A DNA stretch of 64,000 bases from Sphyrna mokarran (Eukaryota), in assembly GCA_024679065.1 (NCBI GenBank), contig JAGIQG010000017.1:22878001-22942000 (forward strand). Reading direction: 5' to 3'. Shown here piece after piece: positions 40,538 to 50,821 of this stretch. Position 1 is the stretch's first letter. Every line of letters begins with the position of its first letter. The notes beneath the pieces are model-generated. The model did not search any database. It saw only the letters and a program-made list of their open reading frames with translations, and was not told the origin of the DNA. The translations under genes and the position numbers were made by a program.

Positions 40538-40827
40538 GCCGACTACGGGGAAGGAAGACCACCAATGACAGCAGCGGACCCTCATCACCACTTTCGTCAC
40601 GCCGCTCTGAAATAGTTAATCTAAATTAAAATGAAATCAAACCCTCCACGCATCTTGGATATGGATGCGGAACTGATGGTTGATTTACTTAATTTTTATT
40701 ATGGATGGGTTGATATAAGGGGCCGTTGTCGAATTTGTGGATCGGAATGGGGATTTGGCCGTTGTAAAGGATCGCGAGTGCGGCTGTTTTAACGGCTCGG
40801 CGTTCTAGCCGGCGTTGCGCCTGCGTC
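40538..40827. promoter_or_regulatory. Compact bidirectional promoter and 5'UTR region of NHLRC2/DCLRE1A within a CpG-rich island
   Basis: 290 bp between divergent ATGs; CpG-rich flanks (~40460-41200) around an AT-rich core (~40610-40715); CRE-like TGCGTCA just before the DCLRE1A ATG. TSS positions cannot be read from sequence. Confidence 0.8.
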
Positions 40828-41251
40828 ATGGCCAGCGGTGAGGAGGAAGCTATCTGGGGCTACCGCTCGGTTCGGAGAGTGAAGCGGCCGGGTAGCTCCG
40901 GCCTTGGCTCGCCGAGAAGCCGGGGTAAAGGAGCCAGACCACCCTCCCGGCGCCAGCCCCAGGGAAAAGCTGCCGCTCACTCTGCGAGAGATGGTGGGCC
41001 AGCCTCCGCTCCGGAGCCGAGCCCTCCTGTCTCGGGTAGCCCCAGCAGCAGCACGACACCGCCAGAGCCAGCCGCCGGCAGCCCCTCGAACCGGTCTGAA
41101 TGTCCCGAGGGGAAACAAATTACCCGAAAAGCCAGGCCTGTCCGTGAGGGACACTGCCCAATCTGTCAAATGCCCTTCTCCCTGCTACTGATAGAAACAC
41201 CCAGATGGCATGTGACAGAGTGTTTGGATACTCCAGGTTGCACTGATAATG
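40828..41251 (+). CDS. DCLRE1A: DNA cross-link repair 1A (SNM1A) coding exon 1 (424 nt, phase-1 end) with UBZ zinc finger
   Basis: N-terminal EEAIWGYRS.RR.KR resembles SNM1A EEDIWEYKSKRKPKR. RPVREGHCPICQMPFSLLLIETPRWHVTECLD matches the SNM1A UBZ (CPNCQMPF...TPRWHVFECLD). Donor AATG|GTAAGT at 41252. DCLRE1A is known to be head-to-head with NHLRC2 in human. Confidence 0.95.
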
Positions 41252-41679
41252 GTAAGTTGCCATTTAGGTGCGGATCTTTCAGTCTTACTTTAATATGAAA
41301 TGTGAATAATGACACTTTAACACACAAAACAAAAAGTGCTGGAAACGCTTAACAGGCCTGGCAGCATTTGTGGACGAAGTAAGAAATCTCACAACACCAG
41401 GTTAGAGTTCAGTCAGTTTATTTGATAGTAATCTCACAAGCTTTCGGAAATTGTGTTCCTTCGGGTGCGTAGAAGGTGTTCTGATCAGAGAAGGGCATAT
41501 AAAGTCACAGTTTGCAGAATACTGATTAGGATGCAAATCTTTACAGCTAACCTGCTATTGCAGCCAATATGAGTGGAGATAGCCTTAGGTATAGGTTAAA
41601 GAGATGTGTTTCCAGACAGGACAGTATGTGAGATTTTACAAGTTCAAGCAAGTCATGGGGGTTATAGATACCATGACAT

Positions 41680-42721
41680 TTGGCCTTTGTAGCGAGGGGA
41701 ATAGAATATAAAAGCAGGGAGGTCTTGATGCAACTGTAAAAGGGCACTGGTGAGGCTACAACTGGGGTACTATGTGCAGTTTTGGTCCCCTTATTTGCGA
41801 AAGGATATATTAGCCTTGGAGGGAGTACAGAGAAGGTTCACCAGGCTGACACCAGAAATAAGAGGGTTAACTTACGAGGAGAGATTAAATAGACTGGGCC
41901 TGTACTCGTTGGAGTTTAGAAGGCTGAGGGGGATCTTATAGAAGCTTACAAGATAGTGAAAGGGCTAATAGAACATAGAACATTACAGCACAGAACAGGC
42001 CCTTCGGCCTTCGATGTTGCGCCGACCAATATAAAAAGCAATGCCCCTCCAAACTAAACCATTCCCTTCTCTTCCATATACTTATCAACTAACCTCTTAA
42101 ACGCCACCAAACTTGGCGCATCTACAACTGCTGCAGGCAGGGCATTCCACTCCCGAACCACCCTTTGGGTAAAGAACCTACCTCTGATATCCGTCCTATA
42201 ACTATCACCCCTTAATTTAAAGCTGTGTCCCCTCGTGCTAGCTTTCTCCATCCTAGGAAAAGGCTATCACTGTCCACCCTATCTAAACCTCTAATCATCT
42301 TATATGTTTCGATTAGGTCCCCTCTTAGCCGCCTCCTTTCTAACGAATACAACCTCAAATCCCTCAGCCTCTCCTCATAATAGAGGTAGAAAGATTCTTT
42401 CTGCTTAGAAAGGAAAACAGAACTAGAGGGCACAGCCTCAAAATGAGGGGGGTAGCAGTTTAGAATGGAGTTGAGGAGGAACTTCACTCAAAGGGTGGTG
42501 AATCTCTGGAATTCTCTGCCCATTGAAGTGGTGAAGGCAACCTTGTTGAATATATTTAAGTCACGGGTATATAGATTTCTGATAGACAAGGGAATTAAGA
42601 GTTATGGGGAGAAAGCGGGAAAGTGTAACTGATCCACTTCAGATCAGCCATAATCTTACTGATGGTGGGTCAGGCTTGAAGGGCTAGATGGCCTACTCCA
42701 GCTCCTATATCTTACGTTCTT
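41680..42721 (+). mobile_element. CR1 3' fragment (host of the young CR1, itself inserted in a PLE)
   Basis: ORF 41750-41941 Y.VQFWSPYLRKDI.ALEGVQRRFTRL...YEERL..LGLYSLEFRRLRG; resumes after 42384. Confidence 0.9.
41969..42380 (-). mobile_element. Young CR1 3' fragment inserted in an older plus-strand CR1
   Basis: Nearly identical to 19552-20000; taataga duplicated at 41966-41972 and 42378-42384. Confidence 0.95.
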
Positions 42722-42949
42722 ATGACATGAACCCAAGATGCTGGTTGAGGTCTTTGTCAATGCCACTACCTTTTGGGGTTCTACTCCTTTATCAGGTGAG
42801 TGGGACTCTTACCTGACAAGGGGGTAGAGTCCTGAAAGCTAGTGGTGTTTGCTACCAAATAAATCTGTTGGACTTTAACTTGGTGTTGTGAGACTTCTTG
42901 CTGTGTTTATCCCAGTCCAATGCCAGCATCTCTACATATCTGTGGAGAA

Positions 42950-43208
42950 CCAGCGAATCTTTACGGTGCAGGAGGAGGCCATTTGGTCCATCAAGTTTGC
43001 ACTGACCACGATCCCACCCAGTCTCTATCCCCTTAACCCCATCTATTTACCCTATTAGTCCCCTAATACTAACAGGCAATCTAGCAAGGCCAACACACGC
43101 AGCTTTAGAGTGTGGAAGGAAACTGGAATACCTGGAGGAAACCCACAGAGAATATGCAAACTCCACACAGACAATTACCTGAGGTTGGAATTGAACTCGG
43201 GTCCTTAG
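42950..43208 (-). mobile_element. HE1/V-SINE-like SINE
   Basis: Reverse complement of the V-domain (gcaaactccacacag, ggaaactgga...ggaggaaaccc) and B-box (ggaattgaactcggg). Confidence 0.85.
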
Positions 43209-43559
43209 TGAGAAAGAAACAATTTTTCTCTCTCCATGGATGCTAGCAGATCTGCTAAGTTTTTCTAATTTTTTTGTTTCCATACAATCGCTTGGTTTCA
43301 AATTTCCAGCATCCACAGTATTTGGCTTTATTTTTAATGTACAGTCAATGTCTATTGACTCATTAAAATGGAGGTATTTATTGAGTGGTTTTGGAACTTA
43401 TTTCATTGTACAGTAATGTTCCCCAGATGCAGGGAGTTCCCAGGGAACCTCAGCAACTTCTATTTATATAAGGGATCTTTTCTTGGGTATAGTAATTTTC
43501 TCCCGATCCAAGCAGCTCCCTAAATGCCTTGGTAACTTCTGTTTAAACTGCACCTTTAA

Positions 43560-44236
43560 TATCGGAAAATGGCCCAAACACGTGAGGACCAATATCACCA
43601 AAATCTGACATTGAATCACATGTGGAATAATAGGATATGACTGAAAACAGGCAGTTTTAAGAGGCATTTTAAAAGTGGAGAGTTTTAGAAAGAGAACAAA
43701 TATATACATGAGAGTTTCAGCTGCAGATTGGCAGAGGCTGGGGTGCAGTTGGGTCTTGTCGCTGAGGTGAAGTAGGTAGTCTTGATGATGGAGAGGATGG
43801 TTCAGGGTCAAATATGATGTTGAGGTTGCAAACAGTCTACCATGGCATCAGAAAATGGGTGGGAGAGGGGTGAAACAATGGCTGGGACCAGAGTTCAAAG
43901 CAAGTGCTGAAGACATGCTTTAGTTCTCCCAATATTTTATTGGGGGAAACTTCTGCTCATCCCATGTGTGATGCTGGAAAAATTACAGATTAAAGATGGT
44001 CAAGTGATGAATGTTGACTGCATATACTTGGAATCTGACATATTTTTGGATGATGTAAATCAGAAAAAAATGAGTGGCCAAGACCATGTTCACTAGGGAC
44101 TCCAAAAGTAATAGTGTGAGAATAGGCAAGTAAACCATTTTAGGTGATTCTCTAGCTATAGATAAAATTGTACCAGCTGAGTGCAGGTCCATTGAGGTGA
44201 GGCATTCGAGAAACAGTTGATCACAACCTCTATCAG
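43560..44236 (-). mobile_element. Decayed L2-like LINE RT fragment
   Basis: ORF 43464-43811 HLSDKTQLHPS and QSAAETLMY resemble L2 ADDTQLY and 'AETLIH' segments; internally deleted. Confidence 0.55.
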
Positions 44237-44761
44237 AGTAAGAAGTCTCACAACACCAAGTTAAAGTCCAACAGGTTATTTGGAATCATGAGCTTTCGGA
44301 GTACTGCTCATTCAGCAGGTGAGTGGAGAGAGAGGTTTCACAAACACGGCATATATAGACAAAGACAAATTGCAAGATAATGGTTTGAATGTGAGTCTTT
44401 ACAGATACAGAGTACGAGTGGAGAGAGGAATAATCACAGGTTAAAGAGGTGTGAATTGTCTCAAGCTAGGATAGTTGGTAGGATTTTGCAAACCTAGATC
44501 AAATGGTGAGGTTACACGTAGTGTGACATGAGGCCAAGATCCTGGTTGAGGCCACCTCATGCATGCGGAACTTGTCTATCAATTTCTGCTTGGTGAATCT
44601 GCATTGTCTTATGTCTTGAAGGCTGCCTCAGAAAATGCTTATCCAAAGATCAGAGTCTGAATGCTCTTGACAGCTGAAGTGGCCCCTGACTGGAAGGGAA
44701 CATTCCTGTTGTGAGGCTTCTTATTGTGCCCACCCCAGTCCAATGTTGGCATCTCCACATC
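44237..44761. mobile_element. PLE derivative with short inverted tailed end, inserted in an L2-like LINE
   Basis: Terminal repeat agtaagaagtctcacaacacc... with mutated hammerhead on minus (CTGCTGA...CCGAAAGCTC), GIY-YIG C-terminal remnant, inverted end tgtgaggcttcttatt...atctccacat; degenerate tcacaac..tatca duplication. Confidence 0.85.
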
Positions 44762-44868
44762 ACAACAGTATCAAAGGCTACTGATAAATTAAGAATGATT
44801 TAACATATGAACATTAAAACAGTAGTCAAAGGAATGTCAGATGATTTGTGACCAACTTGGAGATCTTT

Positions 44869-46765
44869 TAGAACATAGAACATTACAGTGCAGAACAGGC
44901 CCTTTGGCCTTCGATGTTGCGCCGACCAATTAACAAAAAGCAATGACCCTCTAACCTAAACCATTCCCTTTTCATCCATAAACTTATCTACTAATCTCTT
45001 AAACGCCACCAAACTTGGCACATTTACAACTGCAGCAGGCAGGGCATTCCATACCCTTACCACCCTCTGGGTAAAGAACCTACCTCTGACATCCGTCCTA
45101 TAACTACCACCCCTTAATTTAAAGCTATGTCCCCTCGTGCTAGCTTTCTCCATCCTAGGAAAAAGGCTATCACTGTCCACCCTATCGAAACCTCTAATCA
45201 TCTTATATGTTTCGATTAGGTCTCCTCTTAGCCGCCTCCTTTCTAATGAAAACAACCTCAAATCCCGCAGCCTCTCTTCATAAGACCTGCCCTCCATACC
45301 AGGCAACATCCTGGTAAACCTCCTCTGTACCCTCTCCAATGCCTCCACATCTTTCTATAATGCGGGGACCAGAACTGCACACAATACTCCAAGTGCGGCC
45401 GCACTAGAGTTTTGTACAGTTGCAACATGACGTTGCGGCTCCAAAATTCAATCCCCCTACCAATAAAAGCTAAGACTCCGTATTCCTTCTTAACAACCTT
45501 ATCGACTTGACTGCCTACTTTCAGGGATCTATGCACAAATACACCAAGATCCCTCTGTTCATCAACACTATTAAGAATCCTACCATTAGCCCTATACTCT
45601 ACACATTTGTTATTCCTGCCAAAGTGAACTACCTCACACTTTTCCACATTAAACTCCATTTGCCACCTCTCGGCCCAGCTCTGCAACTTGTCCAAGTCTC
45701 TCTGCAAACTATACCACCCCCCTTCACTATCTACCACTCCTCCGACTTTGGTGTCATCCGCAAATTTACTAATCCATCCTTCAATACCCTCATCTAGATC
45801 ATTTATAAAATTTACAAACAGCAGGGGCCCCAATACAGACCCCTGAGGTACACCACTTGTAACCAAACTCCATGATGAATAATTTCCATCAACCACCACC
45901 CTCTGTCTTGTATCAGCTAGCCAATTCCTAATCCAATTAGCTAAATCACCCTCAATCCCATACATCTGCATTTTCTGCCGAAGCCTTCCATGGGCCACCT
46001 TATCGAACGCCTTACTAAAGTCCATATATACCACATCAACTGCCTTACCCCCATCCACCTCTTTGGTCAATTTTTCAAAAAACTCAATAAGGTTAGTAAG
46101 GCACGACCTACCCTTCACAAAACCATGCTGACTATCCCCAATCAATTTGTTTCTCTCTACATAACTATAAATCCTATCCCTAATAATTCTTTCCAATACT
46201 TTGCCCACAACAGAAGTAAGACTCACCGGTCTATAATTCCCAGGAAAGTCTCTATTTCCCTTCTTGAACAATGGGACCACATTCGCTATCCTCCAGTCTT
46301 CCGGCACTATACCTGTAACCAACGACGACCTGAAGATCAGAGCCAGAGGCTCTGCAATCTCCTCTCTTGCCTCCCAGAGAATCCTAGGGTAAATCCCGTC
46401 CGGCCTAGGGGACTTATCCAACTTCAAACCCTCGAGAATATCTAGCACATCCTCCCTATCTACTTCGATACCTTCCAGTTTGCTACCCTGTACCTCAGTG
46501 TTCTCCATAACTACATTTACATCACCCTGCGTGAATACCGAAGAGAAATATTTATTCAGTGCCTCTCCAATCTCTTCAGGCTCCACTCACAACTTCCCAC
46601 TGCTGTCTCTGACTGGCCCTAATCTTGCCCTAACCAATCTTTTATTCTTAACATATCTAAAGAAAGCTTTAGGATTCTCCTTGATCCTATCAGCCAAAGT
46701 CTTCTCGTGTCCTCTTTTAGCTCTTCTCAACTCACTCTTTAGCTCCCTCCTGGCTAATCTATTTT
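44869..46765 (-). mobile_element. Young 5'-truncated CR1 LINE, RT nearly intact
   Basis: 442-aa ORF with KSP.PDGI, NYRPVSLTS, QHGF, YMDFSKAFDKV, GVPQGSVLGP, KFADD; C-terminus in 44956-45348 after a frameshift; tagaacatagaaca 3' tail. Confidence 0.96.
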
Positions 46766-46769
46766 GGAG

Positions 46770-49700
46770 GTAAGGCATTAATGAATACTTCACGTCTTTT
46801 TCATTAAATAGGAGGATGTTGCGGGTAGATGTAATAGAGAAATTTGAATAGGATAAAATAGATAAAGAGGAAGGATTGTAAAGGTTGTCACATTCAAAGT
46901 ATGAAAACCATGTTATCAGAATGGATTGTGTCCTAAATTTCTGAGGGAAATAATGGTGAAAATCAAGAATGCTGTGACTGCAATTTACAATTAGGTAACT
47001 CGGGATTATTGCAGTTTTGATTCTACTCTCAATGGATGAACTGGGGTTGGTTTGGACAGCAAGACTCGAACCTCTGAATTCTGGTTATGTGCAGTGCTAT
47101 GTTTCTGCATCAAAACAAAATCATTTTCCTTTGTATAATCCTGATGGTGGAGGTTCCATGGGGAAGCTACCAGTTAGTGTTGAAGCTGACTGCTAAAATA
47201 AATCATCCTTGGCTGGAAAAAAAAAACAAAGAGTGAAGCAAGGAAACATTGAAGGTTCGCAAAGTTTACACCTTTGTTTTGTAAAAGGCAGAGGGATAAA
47301 ACTTGAACTAAAGGCCAGTCAACCTAACATCAGTGATACGGAATTTCTTTGGGAGACAAAATAAATTAGCGTTTCGAAAAATAAGAGCTCGTAAATGAAA
47401 GCCACCGTAGGTAAATTGTGTTTGATAAACTATTGAGTTCAATGAAATAATGGAGGTGGACAAGATTGATGTGTAAATGAATTTTTGAAAGATGTTTGAT
47501 AAAGTGCCATTGAAGTGCCAAAAAGAGGCGGTATTGGAGTTCTTGAGAAACATTAAGATAGACAAGTCCCCAGGGCCTAATGGGATATACTCTAAAATAC
47601 TGAGAGGGGCAAGGGAGGAAATTGCTTGGGCCTTGAAAAAAATCTTTGTATCTTCTCTGACAACAGGGGAGGTTCCAAGGATTGGAGAATAGCCAATGTT
47701 GTTCCTCTGTTTAAGAATGGTAGCAAGAATATTCCAGGTAATTACAGGCCGGTGAGCCTTACATTAGTGATAGGAAAATTATTAGAGAGGATTCTTCGAG
47801 AGAGGCTTTACTCCCATTTGGAAATAAATTAGCATTAGCAAAAGGCAACATGGGTTTGTGAAAGGGAAGTCATGAGTCACTAATTTGAATGGAGTTTTTC
47901 AAGGAACTGATAAAGGTGATTGATCACCTGTCTAACATGTCTAGACAGTGGATGTTATCTACATGGACTTTGTTAAGGCCTTTGACAAGGTCCTTCATGG
48001 CAGACTGGTGCAGAAGGTGAAGTCACGTGGGATCAGAGGTGAACTAGCAAGGTGGATACAGAACTGGCTCGGTCATAGACATAGGATAGCACTGGAAAGA
48101 TGCATTTCTGAATGAAAGCTGTGACAAGTGCCATTCCTCAGGGATCAGTGCTGGGACCTTTGCTGTTTGTAATGTATGTAAATGATTTGGATGAAAACGT
48201 AACTGGTTTGATTAGAAAGTTTGTGGATGACACAAAGGTTGGTAGGTTTGCGGATAATGATGAAGACCATCAGAGGATTCAGCAGGATATAGATCAGGTG
48301 GAGACTGGGCAGAGAAATGGCTAATGAAATTTAATCTGGAAAAGTGTGAGATAATCCACTTTGGAAGGTCTAATACAGATAGGAAATATACACTAAATGG
48401 CAGAACCTTTGAGTATTGATAGGCAGAGGGATCTGGGTGTACAGATGCACAGGTCACTTAAAGTGGCAATGCAGGTGGAGAAGGTAGTCAAAAAGGTACA
48501 GGGTATGCTTGCCTTCATTGAGTTTAAAAGTTGGCAAGTCATGTTGCAGCTTTATAGAGCTCTAACTTAGGCCGCATTTGGAATGTAGCGTTCAGTTCTG
48601 ATCACCACACTATCAGAAAGATGTGGAGGCTTTGAAGAGGGTACAGAAAAGTTTTACCAGGATGTTGCCTGCATGGCATTGGCTATGAGGAAAGGTTGGA
48701 GAAACTTGGTTGTTCTCACTGGAACGCCGGAATTGAGGGGTGACCTGATGGAAGGCCTGGACAGAATGGATAGTCAGAAACTTTTTCCAGGGGTGGAAGA
48801 GTCAATTACTTGGGGGCATAGGTTTAAGGTGCAAGGGGCAAGGTTTGAAGGGGATGTATGAGGCAAGTTTTTTTACAGAGAGGATGGTGGATATCTGTAA
48901 CTCACTGCTGGAGGAGGTAGTGGAAGAAGATACGATAGTGACTTTTAAAGGGTATCTAGACAAATACATGAATAGGATGGCAATAAAGGGAAATGGTCTC
49001 CAGAAGAGTAGGGGTCATTAGTTCAGTCAGGCAGCATAGTTGGTGCACACTTGGCCTGTTCCTGTGCTGTAACTTTCATAGTTATTTGTTAGTTTATTAG
49101 CAAAATTGAAGCCCATAAGCTTAAGGGGGCAGTAGCTTCATGGATACAAAATTAGTTAAGGGGGAGAAAATAGAGAGTTGTGCTGAAAGGCTGTTTCTTA
49201 AGACTGGACAAAAGTGGACTTGGGGATACTGGGCATAATTTCAAAGTTTGCAAATGGCACAAAACTTGGAAATGCAGTAAACTGTGGGAATAATAGAATT
49301 AGATTTCAAGGTGTAAGTGGACAAATTGATGAAATGGACAGACAAATGGTAGATGAAATAATGTAGAGAAGTGTGAAATGATTCATTTTTGTCGGATAAC
49401 TGAGGAGAGACAATATAAGCTCAGTAGTACAATTTTAATACAAACTCAGTAGTACAAGAAGACATAGAGGTGTATGCACACAAATCTTTGAAGGTGGCAG
49501 GATAAGATGAAAAGGCATCTGGAATCTCTTAAGACATAGAGTGCAAAAGCCAGGGGATTAGGATGAAATTTGAGGAGACACTAGCTAGGCCCCAGCTAGA
49601 ATATTTTGGCTAATTCAAGGCATCATAGTTTAGGAGTGTGAAGACCTTTAAAGAAGATGCAGAAGAAATTTACCAAAATGATACCAGGATGGAAGAATCA

Positions 49701-50010
49701 GCCACAAGGCGATAGTAGAAAAAACATGGGCTTTCTCCTTGCAGCAGAAAAGGTTAAAGGGAGACTCATTAAGAGGCATTCAAAATGAATGATTTTGACA
49801 TAGAATTAGAAAAAGAACCAGAAGTGACCTGAGGAAAGAAGAAATTGGAAGACTTTGATGAAAGCAAATTTAGTAATAACTTTCAAAAGAAAATTGAATA
49901 AATGCTTAGTGGAAAAATTACAGGTCTGTGGAATGGCATGAGGCTAATTGGACAGCGCTCTTAAACCATTGCACCAATTCTGGTTCTTTCCTGCTGTTGG
50001 ATTCTAAGGT
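46770..50010 (+). mobile_element. Nested plus-strand CR1 fragments (younger copy ~47520-49090 inside an older copy)
   Basis: DKSPGPNGIY, NYRPVSLT, IPQGSVLGPLLFVMYVNDL...KFVDDTK; the older copy breaks after KVP at ~47510 and resumes at ~49092. Confidence 0.85.
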
Positions 50011-50821
50011 TTAGAATAGATAGTGCATCATTGTCTCATCAGAAGTTATTTGTGACTTTGATAAAAGCCTTTTCAGTGAGGTGCAGGAGAGATGGGTGTT
50101 AAAGATGGTAACACATTCTTGGACACTGGAGAGCAAAAAAAGGTTGGAAATGGGTTGGAAGTTAGTGAGTAATAGTGTGTGTGAGGGCAGATTATGTTTT
50201 TCCAGGCATTATGATTGAGGGATGTTGTAGCTTTGATCGTGGCCTATCTGAACTGTGCAAATGTAGACTTTGTAGCAAAAATCAATGGATTGTAATCCAA
50301 AAACTTATTTTTAGCTTAGAGATACAAATTAATTGCTCAAGACCAGCAAATTCAGTGTAAACCTGGGATTGCGTTCAAGACCTTTTTGATTTCTACCACT
50401 TGCATCAAATTTGAATACAGCATTTATCCTCTGATCCATTGGGAAACTTAAATTCTACATAATATCAACTGGCTTATTCTAATTAATCTTTAAGTGTCTA
50501 TCCTTAGAAGTGCTCACTTTTAATTTGCCAAAGCACCTCAAACTTCTACAAGTCAGAAATGCTTTGGAATATTCTCCATTTTCTTGAATGGGTGCAGCTG
50601 CAACAATATGAGAAGCTCAATATCACTCAAGACAAAATTTTCACTTTACTGACACCTCATCCACTGCTCCAGAAGTTCGTCGTTGATATACTGTGGCTAT
50701 AATTCCCAAACGCACAAATCCCACCAGCTAGAAAGACTGGGGCTGCAGATGCATGATAACATTATTTCTGATTCTCATGCTTGTTGTCAAGTTGTCCATT
50801 ATCCTGACTTGAACATAGCAT

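Larger units (their letters stand above)
41378..42937. mobile_element. Fold-back PLE derivative (41378-41679 and 42722-42937) split by nested CR1 insertions
   Basis: PLE sequence gggttatagataccatgacat|gaacccaagatg is interrupted with atgacat duplicated at 41673-41679 and 42722-42728; head-to-head hammerhead remnants at ~42762-42847. Confidence 0.82.

Noticed and set aside
40789-41191. Overlapping ORFs 40789-41169 (-), 40850-41059 (-) and 40904-41191 (+)
   Set aside because: Alternative-frame or antisense shadows of GC-rich DCLRE1A exon 1; no recognisable motifs.
45507-46773. Plus-strand ORFs of 96-151 aa (also 38513-38968)
   Set aside because: Antisense shadows of CR1 ORF2.
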